A DNA stretch of 64,000 nucleotides, from the NCBI GenBank assembly GCA_032718475.1, contig JAUCBJ010002756.1:1-64000 (forward strand), in the 5' to 3' direction. The stretch is from Nemertoderma westbladi. Taxonomy: Eukaryota > Animalia > Xenacoelomorpha. Shown in pieces: positions 11,701 to 23,700 of the stretch. The notes beneath the pieces were generated by a model that did not search any database, was not told where the DNA came from, and saw nothing but the letters and a program-made list of their open reading frames with translations. The translations under genes and the position numbers were made by a program. Numbering within the stretch: position 1 is the first letter of the stretch; each line of letters opens with the position of its first letter.

Positions 11701-14700
11701 GTTGGCGTTTGGTTAGTCGTTTAGTAACTTTATACGTACGGTTGGCGTTTGGTTAGTCGTTTAGTAACTTTATACGTACGGTTGAGGTTTGGTTAGTCGT
11801 TTAGTAACTTTATACGTACGGTTGGCGTTTGGTTAGTCGTTTAGTAACTTTATACGTACGGTTGGCGTTTGGTTAGTCGTTTAGTAACTTTATACGTACG
11901 GTTGGCGTTTGGTTAGGCGTTTGTAACTTTATATGTACGGTTGGTGTTTGGTTAGTCGTTTAGTAACTTTATACGTACGGTTGGCGTTTGGTTAGTGGTT
12001 TAGTAACTTTATACGTACAGTTGGCGTTTGGTTAGTCGTTTAGTAACTTTATACGTACGGTTGGCGTTTGGTTAGTCGTTTAGTAACTTTATACGTACGG
12101 TTGGCATTTGTAACTTTATACGTACGGTTGGCGTTTGGTTAGTCGTTTAGTAACTTTATACGTACGGTTGGCGTTTGGTTAGTCGTTTAGTAACTTTATA
12201 CGTACGGTTGGCGTTTGGTTAGTCGTTTAGTAACTTTATACGTACGGTTGGCGTTTGTAACTTTATACGTACGGTTGGCGTTTGTAACTTTATACGTACG
12301 GTTGGCGTTTGGTTAGACGTTTAGTAACTTTATACGTACGGTTGGCGTTTGTAACTTTATACGTACGGTTGTCGTTTGGTTAGACGTTTAGTAACTTTAT
12401 ACGTACGGTTGGCGTTTGGTTAGTCGTTTAGTAACTTTATACGTACGGTTGGCGTTTGTAGCTTTATACGTACGGTTGGCGTTTGGTTAGTCGTTTGGTA
12501 ACTTTATACGTATGGCTGGCGTTTGGTTAGTCGTTTAGTAACTTTATACGTACGGTTGGCGTTTGTAACTTTATACGTACGGTTGTCGTTTGGTTAGACG
12601 TTTAGTAACTTTATACGTACGGTTGGCGTTTGGTTAGTCGTTTAGTAACTTTATACGTACGGTTGGCGTTTGGTTAGTCGTTTAGTAACTTTATACGTAC
12701 GGTTGGCGTTTGGTTAGTCGTTTAGTAACTTTATACGTACGGTTGGCGTTTGGTTAGTCGTTTAGTAACTTTATACGTACGGTTGGCGTTTGGTTAGTCG
12801 TTTAGTAACTTTATACGTACGGTTGAGGTTTGGTTAGTCGTTTAGTAACTTTATACGTACGGTTGGCGTTTGGTTAGTCGTTTAGTAACTTTATACGTAC
12901 GGTTGGCGTTTGGTTAGTCGTTTAGTAACTTTATACGTACGGTTGGCGTTTGGTTAGGCGTTTGTAACTTTATATGTACGGTTGGTGTTTGGTTAGTCGT
13001 TTAGTAACTTTATACGTACGGTTGGCGTTTGGTTAGTGGTTTAGTAACTTTATACGTACGGTTGGCGTTTGGTTAGTCGTTTAGTAACTTTATACGTACG
13101 GTTGGCGTTTGGTTAGTCGTTTAGTAACTTTATACGTACGGTTGGCATTTGTAACTTTATACGTACGGTTGGCGTTTGGTTAGTCGTTTAGTAACTTTAT
13201 ACGTACGGTTGGCGTTTGGTTAGTCGTTTAGTAACTTTATACGTACGGTTGGCGTTTGGTTAGTCGTTTAGTAACTTTATACGTACGGTTGGCGTTTGTA
13301 ACTTTATACTTACGGTTGGCGTTTGGTTAGTCGTTTAGTAACTTTATACGTACGGTTGAGGTTTGGTTAGTCGTTTAGTAACTTTATACGTACGGTTGGC
13401 GTTTGGTTAGTCGTTTAGTAACTTTATATGGACGGTTGGCGTTTGGTTAGTCGTTTAGTAACTTTAACGTACGGTTGTCGTTTGGTTAGTCGTTTAGTAA
13501 CTTTATACGTACGGTTGTCGTTTGGTTAGACGTTTAGTAACTTTATACGTACGGTTGGCGTTTGGTTAGTCGTTTAGTAACTTTATATGGACGGTTGGCG
13601 TTTGGTTAGTCGTTTAGTAGCTTTATACGTACGGTTGGCGTTTGTAACTTTATACGTACGGTTGGCGTTTGGTTAGATGTTTAGTAACTTTATACGTACG
13701 GTTGAGGTTTGGTTAGTCGTTTAGTAACTTTATACGTACGGTTGGCGTTTGGTTAGTCGATTAGTAACTTTATACGTACGGTTGGCGTTTGGTTAGTCGT
13801 TTAGTAACTTTATACGTACGGTTGGCATTTGTAACTTTATACGTACGGTTGGCGTTTGGTTAGTCGTTTAGTAACTTTATACGTACGGTTGGCGTTTGTA
13901 ACTTTATACTTACGGTTGGCGTTTGGTTAGTCGTTTAGTAACTTTATACGTACGGTTGGCGTTTGTAACTTTATACGTACGGTTGGCGTTTGTAACTTTA
14001 TACGTACGGTTGGCGTTTGTAACTTTATACGTACGGTTGGCGTTTGGTTAGACGTTTAGTAACTTTATACGTACGGTTGGCGTTTGGTTAGTCGTTTAGT
14101 AGTAATTTTATACGTGCGGTTGGCGTTTGGTTAGACGTTTAGTAACTTTATACGTACGGTTGGCGTTTGGTTAGTCGTTTAGTAACTTTATACGTGCGGT
14201 TGGCGTTTGGTTAGTCGTTTAGTAACTTTATACGTACGGTTGTCGTTTGGTTAGACGTTTAGTAACTTTATACGTACGGTTGGCGTTTGGTTAGACGTTT
14301 AGTAACTTTATACGTACGGTTGGCGTTTGGTTAGTCGTTTAGTAACTTTATACGTACGGTTGGTGTTTGGTTAGACGTTTAGTAACTTTATACGTACGGT
14401 TGGCGTTTGGTTAGTCGTTTAGTAACTTTATACGTACGGTTGGCGTTTGGTTAGTCGTTTAGTAACTTTATACGTACGGTTGGCGTTTGGTTAGACGTTT
14501 AGTAACTTTATACGTACGGTTGGCGTTTGGTTAGTCGTTTAGTAACTTTATACGTGCGGTTGGCGTTTGTTTAGTCGTTTAGTAACTTTATACGTACGGT
14601 TGTCGTTTGGTTAGACGTTTAGTAACTTTATACGTGCGGTTGGCGTTTGGTTAGTCGTTTAGTAACTTTATACGTGCGGTTGGCGTTTCGTTAGTCGTTT

Positions 14701-17700
14701 AGTAACTTTATACGTACGGTTGTCGTTTGGTTAGTCGTTTAGTAACTTTATACGTACGGTTGGCGTTTGGTTAGTCGTTTAGTAACTTTATACGTACGGT
14801 TGGCGTTTGGTTAGTCGTTTAGTAACTTTATACGTACGGTTGGCGTTTGGTTAGACGTTTAGTAACTTTATACGTACGGTTGGCGTTTGGTTAGTCGTTT
14901 AGTAACTTTATACGTGCGGTTGGCGTTTGGTTAGTCGTTTAATAACTTTATACGTACGGTTGTCGTTTGGTTAGACGTTTAGTAACTTTATACGTACGGT
15001 TGGCGTTTGGTTAGACGTTTAGTAACTTTATACGTACGGTTGGCGTTTGGTTAGTCGTTTAGTAACTTTATACGTACGGTTGGTGTTTGGTTAGACGTTT
15101 AGTAACTTTATACGTACGGTTGGCGTTTGGTTAGTCGTTTAGTAACTTTATACGTACGGTTGGCGTTTGGTTAGTCGTTTATTAGTAACTTTATACGTAC
15201 GGTTGGCGTTTGGTTAGTCGTTTAGTAACTTTATACGTACGGTTGGCGTTTGGTTAGTCGTTTAGTAACTTTATACGTACGGTTGGCGTTTGGTTAGACG
15301 TTTAGTAACTTTATACATACGGTTGGCGTTTGGTTAGTCGTTTAGTAACTTTATACATACGGTTGGCGTTTGGTTAGTCGTTTAGTAACTTTATACGTAC
15401 GGTTGGTGTTTGGTTAGACGTTTAGTAACTTTATACGTACGGTTGTCGTTTGGTTAGACGTTTAGTAACTTTATACGTACGGTTGGCGTTTGTAACTTTA
15501 TACGTACGGTTGGCGTTTGGTTAGTCGTTTAGTAACTTTATACGTACGGTTGGCGTTTGGTTAGTCGTTTAGTAACTTTATACGTACGGTTGGCGTTTGG
15601 TTAGTCGTTTAGTAACTTTATACGTACGGTTGGCGTTTAGTTAGTCGTTTAGTAACTTTATACGTACGGTTGGCGTTTGGTTAGTCGTTTAGTAACTTTA
15701 TACGTACGGTTGGTGTTTGGTTAGTCGTTTAGTAACTTTATACGTACGGTTGGTGTTTGGTTAGTCGTTTAGTAACTTTATACGTACGGTTGTCGTTTGG
15801 TTAGACGTTTAGTAACTTTATACGTACGGTTGGCGTTTGTAACTTTATACGTACGGTTGGCGTTTGGTTAGTCGTTTAGTAACTTTATACGTACGGTTGG
15901 CGTTTGGTTAGTCGTTTAGTAACTTTATACGTACGGTTGGTGTTTGGTTAGTCGTTTAGTAACTTTATACGTACGGTTGGCGTTTGGTTAGTCGTTTAGT
16001 AACTTTATACGTACGGTTGGCGTTTGGTTAGTCGTTTAGTAACTTTATACGTACGGTTGGCGTTTGGTTAGTCGTTTAGTAACTTTATACGTACGGTTGG
16101 TGTTTGGTTAGTCGTTTAGTAACTTTATACGTACGGTTGGCGTTTGGTTAGTCGTTTAGTAACTTTATACGTACGGTTGGCGTTTGTAAATTTATACGTA
16201 CGGTTGGCGTTTGTAACTTTATACGTACGGTTGGCGTTTGGTTAGACGTTTTGGAATATTCGGCTCAGGTGGCTGCGGTTCCGGCGAAGGTATCGGTGTC
16301 GGTTCCAATGACAACGGCGGTGGTGGCAGTGGAGGTGGAGATAGGGGTGGAGGCGTTGGAAGCCTCCGAGGAGGAGATGGGAGCCGAACTGGAGGAGGCG
16401 GAGGAGGTGGAGAAGCCGGCTTCGGCTAAATATGGTTGAAACAACATTAATGACAATAAGGTATTATATATATACAAAGTACAAAGATTTTAAATTATAT
16501 TTAGGAAGCCTAATAATTAATGGCAGTGATTTTTTATGTCCTTTTTTTTACTTTTTTTGTCCTCCTTTTTTTATTAATTGTGCATAATGACTTTTGTTGT
16601 CCCTTTAATGACTTTTGTTGTCCTTTTAATGACTTTTTATGTATGTATTTCTTCAAACTGTCAGACTGCTGATTTCTGGACTGTCAGACAGTTGATTTCA
16701 ACATCCCTATGCCAAAACATTCAAAATTTGTTGATTTCTGGTCTGTCGGACAGTTGGTTTCACTATGCCTGTGCCAAAACATTCCATGATTCCGTGATTT
16801 ATAGACTATGAGATAGATTTCCATATGCGCCTGTGGTAAAAGACTCTAAATTTAATAGTTTGTGGTTGTTGTCGATAATCGATTACCACATGACGTAGCA
16901 AAACACTCATTTTATAGCCAAAAACAATTACCAATTGATGGAAAGGAGCAGGTTAAGGCCGGATTTTCTAACCAAAACAATAAACAGTCACTTTACCAAA
17001 TGAAGGAAAGGAGCAGGTTACAGAGGTGGGCCTTTCTAACCAAAACAATAAACAATCATTTAACTAATTGAGGGAAAGGACCGGGTTACAGAGGCGGGAT
17101 TTTCTAACCAAAACAATAAACGATCATTTAACTAACTGAGGGAAAGGGGCAGGTTACAGAGGCGGAATTTTCTAACCAAAACAATAAACGATTATTTAAC
17201 TAATTGAGGGAAAGGGGCAGGTTACAGAGGCGGGATTTTCTAACCAAAACAATAAACATTCACTTTACTAAATGAAGGAAAGGAGCAGGTGACAGAGGCG
17301 GGCCTTTCTATCCAAAACAATAAACGGTCACTTTACCAAATCAGGGAAAGGAGCAGGTTACAGAGACGGGATTTTCTAACCAAAGCAATAAACGATAACA
17401 TTACCAATTGAGATAAAGGAGCAGGTTACATAGGCGGGTTTTTCTAACCAAAACAATAAACAGTCACTTTACCAAATCAGGGAAAGGAGCAGGTTTCAGA
17501 GACGGGATTTTCTAACCAAAACAATAAACGATCACTTAACTAATTGAGGGAATGGAGCAGGTTACAGAGGCGGGATTTTCTAACCAAAACAATAAACGAT
17601 CACTTAACTAATTGAGGGAAAGGAGCAGGTTACAGAGGCGGGATTTTCTAACCAAAACAATAAACGATCACTTAACTAATTGAGGGAAAGGAGCAGGTTA

Positions 17701-20700
17701 CAGAGGAGGAATTTTCTAACCAAAACAATAGACGATCATTTAACTAATTGAGGGAAAGGGGTAGGTTACAGATGCGGAATTTTCTAACCAGAACAATAAA
17801 CGATCACTTAACTAATTGAGGGGAAGGAGCAGGTTACAGAGGCGGGATTTTCTAACCAAAACAATAAACGATCATTTAACTAATTGAGGGAAAGGGGCAG
17901 GTTACAGAGGCGGAATTTTCTAACCAAAACAATAAACGATCATTTAACTAATTGAGGGAAAGGGGCAGGTTACAGAGGCGGGATTTTCTAACCAAAACAA
18001 TAAACGGTAACTTTGCCAAATCAGGGAAAGGAGCAGGTTACAGAGGCGGGATTTTCTAACCAAAACAATAAACGATCACTTAACTAATTGAGGGAAAGGA
18101 GCAGGTTACAGAGGCGGGATTTTCTAACCAAAACAATAAACGATCATTTAACTAATTGAGGGGAAGGGGTAGGTTACAGAGGCGGAATTTTCTAACCAAA
18201 ACAATAAACGATCATTTAACTAATTGAGGGAAAGGAGCAGGTTACAGAGGCGGGATTTTCTAACCAAAACAATAAACGATGACTTAACTAATTGAGGGAA
18301 AGGAGCAGGTTACAGAGGCGGGATTTTCTAACCAAAACAATAAACATTCACTTTACTAAATGAAGGAAAGGAGCAGATGACAGAGGCGGGCCTTTCTATC
18401 CAAAACAATAAACGGTCACTTTACCAAATCAGGGAAAGGAGCAGGTTACAGAGACAGGACTTTCTAACCAAAACAATAAACGATAATTTAACTAATTGAG
18501 GGAAAGAGGCAGGTTACAGAGGCGGGATTTTCTAACCAAAACAATAAACAGTCATTTTGCTAAATGAAGGAAAGGAGCAGGTTACAGAGGCGGGCCTTTC
18601 TAACCAAAACAATAAACGGTAACTTTACCAAATAAGGGAAAGGAGCAGGTTACAGAGGCGGGATTTTCTAACCAAAACAATAAACAGTCACTTTACTAAA
18701 TGAAGGAAAGGAACAGGTTACAGAGGCGGGCCTTTCTAACCAAAACAATAAACTTTACCAATTCAGGGAAAGGAGCAGGTTACAGAGGCGGGATTTTCTA
18801 ACCAAAACAACCGGTCAGCCGGTAGGCCTACCAGTACCGTATTTAAATGGTAGGCTACACAGTAGGCCTACACAGCAGTACCGGTGCCGGTACCGGTACT
18901 AAAATACTTAAAATACCTGCTTTATACCTACATCTGTACATGCAATACTACAAAATAGTGCTCTATATACTAATACCGGTACTGATAGTCTGAGAGAACA
19001 GCAGTAGAGAAACCGGTAGCATGGAACCTAACGGTAAATTTCTGGAGGACATAAAAGGTCAAAAAAAAAGCTAATACCGGTACTGATAGCCTGAGAAAAC
19101 AGCAGTAGAGAAACCGGTAGCATGGAACCTAACGGTAGATTTCTGGAGGACATAAAAAGTCAAAAAAAGGACAAAAAAAGGATTTAAACGGACAATAAAA
19201 ATTATTGTGATAATTAATCTTGCACTAATACTATTTCAGAGTGAGGTTAATTATACGCCAAACGGTCATGAGGGATATAAAGCTATTTTATTTCCATGTA
19301 ATAAAGAAACTATAATGCCAGATAGCCTACAGTTAAACGTAACTTGTATTACATCCAGTATGCTGCCAATTGGGTGAAAGCCACTTTTGCGCAAATAAAT
19401 CAATATCCACCACGCTTCTCAATGTTGGTCCCTTAACAGGTCAAACCAATTAAAAGTATAACAACTACCACGAAGATCAACACAATGTATTCTAGGACCA
19501 TCATCCAATCCATACTTAGCTCTCTCTGACAGGGAGGACAATAATGACAGGGTATTGCCTGATAACTTTATAGAAGTAAAAGTGTCTGAGTCTGTACTCC
19601 CAGATATTCCCATTGGCGATATCTCTTTTGCAGAAGTGAAGGCTGCTGCAAAGAGCATTAAGACCAATCGTGCCAGTGGAGTAGATGGTGTTCCCCCTGA
19701 GGTCTTTAAAATACCTGAGTGTTTAAAGCTCATCTATCCCATCATAGTAGACACGTACCGAACAACAAGAGTCCCACAAGAAATGAAAACAAATAAGTTG
19801 GTGCCAGTTCCCAAGAAGGGCAACCTAACACTCTATGGTTCTTTTCGGGGAATCTCATTGATCTCGATTGCTGCAAAGCTATACAATAGGATTCTATTAA
19901 ATCGCATCAGGGATCCCATTGAGAGACTGCTCCGTGGAAATCAGAATGGGTTCCGTAAAGGTCGTGGGACCATGGAGCCCATTTTGGCACTTAGAAGGAT
20001 AATTGAAGAGTTATCAAAAAAGAAAGACAGGCATCTGGCTGTTATCTTTGTTGACTTCTTCAAGGCCTTTGATTCAGTCTCTCGCTCACGTATGTTCAGC
20101 ATACTTTCATTATATGGGATTCCTGATGAAATTATTGCAGCAATCAGATCAGTATACGATGGTTCAACAACATTTGTGTCTACTGTTGACGGTGACACAG
20201 AACCATTTGAAGTGTTATGGGGCGTCCTCCAAGGAGACACACTTGCACCATTCTTGTTCATTATTGTGGTTGACTATGTTCTACGCATGTCCTTAGATCA
20301 TTATAATGATGATGGGGTGATGATAACTCCACCTACTGGCTCCAGAAGTCGAGGAAATCCTGCCAAGTACCTAACTGATCTAGACTTTGCTGATGACTTA
20401 GGAGTACTCTCAGAATCATTAGAGGGAGCCCAACGGCTCCTCAGCTCATTAGAACATGCTGCTTCTAGTGTTGGTCTTTTTATTAACTCCAGAAAGACCA
20501 AAATTCTGACAGTTAACTTTGAAAGTCCTCAGAAAGTCTCTGATCGGATGAGCATAAGCTCAAAGGATGGTATGCTGGAGCATGTGGACGACTTCTGTTA
20601 CCTGGGATCATGGATCCGGAAGTCAAGTGAGGACCTTCGAATACGTAAGGGAAAGGCATGGGCAGCCTTGAATAGGCTTTCCAGGATTTGGAAGTCACCC

Positions 20701-23700
20701 AGAATTAATCGGAAACTTAAGGTCCGATTATTTAGAGCAGCAGTAGTTCCAGTACTCCTCTACGGGAGTCCATGCTGGGCTCTAACTGCTGAGGACACCA
20801 AATCTCTGGATGGCACTTTCACAAGAATGCTACGCCGGGTTCATTGTGTCAAGTACAATGCACACATCTCCAACCAGACACTATATAACATTGGAGGTGT
20901 CTCATTGGTTCCCCCAAGCTTGACACTAGAACAAAATCGCCTCCGCTTTGCAGGACATTGCTTTCGCCGTGAGGATCAGCCAGTGCATAATCTTGTACTT
21001 TGGCAGCCTCATGGAGTGAATAAGCATGGTGGACAGCCCATGACTTTCTTGAGACGCATCTTAAAGGACACTGGCCTTAAAGATGCGGATGATCTAGCAA
21101 ATGTCATGGGTGATAGGGAGTTGTGGCGGTGCAATTTTGTTGACAAGCCGGCACAGCATTCTTAAAAATGCAGCTGCAATGCAGCATGCCGATCCTAGTA
21201 GTAGTAGTAGTATACTTAGCTCTCTCTGATACCGATATTTACTACAAACAACGCCTATTAGACATTCACATCCTACCGCTAGTCCTACACATTGAAATAC
21301 ACGACCTTCTCTAATGTTATCCAAAATTATAGATCCTGACCCAACTACCGGCCAAACGGCGACGCTAATCTCCCAGCAACCCGTGGTCCCAAACGCCGAC
21401 ACTCCTCGGCGTGACTGCCGGTCATTAACGACTCCGTACTCGACGGGAGTCGACGCGAACCAAACTGGGTTCTACAACACAAATCTTCGGATTAATCCTA
21501 ACCCAACTACTGGCCAAACGGCGACGCTAATCTCCCAGCAACCCGTGGTCCCAAACGCCGACACTCCTCGGCGTGACCGCCGGCCATTAACGACTCCGTA
21601 CTCGACGGGAGTCGACGCGAACCAAACTGGGTTCTACAACACAAATTTTCGGATTAATCCTAACCCAACTACCGGCCAAACGGCGACGCTAATCTCCCAA
21701 CAACCCGTGGTCCCAAACGCCGACACTCCTCGGCGTGACCGCCGGCCATTAACGACTCCGTACTCGACGGGAGTCGACGCGAACCAAACTGGGTTCTACA
21801 ACACAAATTTTCGGATTAATCCTAACCCAACTACCGGCCAAACGGCGACGCTAATCTCCCAACAACCCGTGGTCCCAAACGCCGACACTCCTCGGCGTGA
21901 CCGCCGGCCATTAACGACTCCGTACTCGACGTGAGTCGACGCGAACCAAACTGGGTTGTCCAACCCAAATCCTTGGATTAATCCCAACCCAACTACCGGC
22001 CAAATGGCGACGCTAATCTCCCAGCAACCCGTGGTCCCAAACGCCGACACTCCTCGGCGTGACCGCCGGCCATTAACGACTCCGTACTCGATGGGAGTCG
22101 ACGCGAATCAAACTGGGTTTTCCAACCCAAATCCTCGGATAGATCCTGACCCAACTACCGGCAAAACGGGGACGCCAATCGCACTGCAACCTGTGGATTC
22201 CAACGCCGACACCCCACGTATTACAAATGGACCAATTTTCTCCGGAAGATCTACAATGCGTCCACTATTCAAGAGACCTATGGGAGTTCTCCCTCCTGTA
22301 ACAGATGATCTACCGGTGGAAGCAATGATTAAAGAAACGAACGAGGCCATCGACACAGTTGATACGGAATCATGTAGGAAGCAACATAAGAACAATTTCC
22401 CGCCGAAGCAACGCAAGGCTCTGAAGGAACTTATTGACCTCAGAGATACGTTATATTTCGGGAGGGGAGATAAAACTGGGAATGTAATTGTCCTTAATTT
22501 AGAGGAAAAAGACAATGAGTGCAATAGGATTCTGGGAGATCATACAGTCTATAAGCTGTTATCATGTGACCCCACCCCTGAATTTACTAAAATATTAACG
22601 GCGCTAATAAATTCCGTAAAAATCTAAAATTCCATACGCAAGTTTTCATTTAATCCCCAAAAACCCACTTATGAGCTATATATGGCTTACCTGGAAGGAT
22701 CATAAGCCGATAGACCAGCGGATCCACTGGGATAATGGTAAAATAATACCTAAAGGTCGCCCGATTATAGCCTCCACCTTTTCATTAACAGCCCCCCTAT
22801 CTAAATTTTGTCATTCCATTCTATCCCCAATTATGGTATCCTTACAGTCGTATGTTCCAAGTTCTTACGCATTCAAATCCAGCATACCACCCATAGTAGA
22901 TGGAGATATCACCATGGTTACATTAGACATCGTGGACAGGTTCACGAATATAGATTTAGATCTTGGTTGCGCTGCACTTTTAGCAGCCTTAGAGGAGGAC
23001 ACTACACTAGAAGGTAGAACTTCTCTAACTTGTGGTGAAATTGTATCACTGGTGCGATTTGTTTTAACTCACAATTATTTCCAGTACAGAAATAAGATAT
23101 ATTTACAGATTAAGGGTGGTGCAATGGGGGGCAGTGTGTCTGTTGCCTACTCATGTATAGCGGTGTCACGTTTAGAACTACACTTTATAAGTACTTTTAT
23201 TTACCCTCCCATTTTCTACCGTAAAGTAGTAGACGATGGTTTCTTATTGTTCAATAAGTTTTTAAATGTTAGTGATATTGAAGTAATTTTAGCTAATGCT
23301 AATAATGCCTCAGTCGCACTATACAATAATAGCGATATCAAGTATACCGCTGAATTCTCTTCAGAAAGTATTACTTTTCTAGATATGACTATAACCGTAA
23401 TTAATAATATGTTAATTGTATCGCCTTATAAAAAGCCATGTAGTAACAAGGTCCCCATTAACTTCAACAGTGCACATGGACCCATTATGCTTACTAACAT
23501 AGTTAAATGACAACTGTTACGACTTAGGAGACTGTCTGATAGACTCGAAGACTACGCAATATACCGGGATAAATACCTTGAAGGGTGTTTAACCCAAGGA
23601 TAACCCACACGTATAATCCGCTCACTACGACGTTGGGAACCGCAGGTTAACCCAACACCGGTTGAGCCTGTCGACACCTACTATTTAACAGTACCGCCCC

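Larger units (their letters stand above)
16524..19226. mobile_element. Possible non-autonomous DNA transposon remnant enclosing a satellite
   Basis: Left motifs TTTTTTGTCCTCC and TGACTTTTTATGT (16530-16640) are inverted relative to right motifs GGAGGACATAAAAAGTCAAAAAAAGGACAAAAAAAGG (19144-19180); exact termini and TSD unclear. Confidence 0.35.

Noticed and set aside
6896-16251. CRISPR array or telomeric repeat
   Set aside because: No unique spacers and no cas genes; TTGGTTAG is only telomere-like and is explained by exon codons (CTA ACC AAA).
16238-16477. Gly-rich, Glu/Ala-rich and Ser/Thr-rich ORFs here and at 25630-26584
   Set aside because: Antisense or off-frame shadows of the Pro-rich minus-strand exons.
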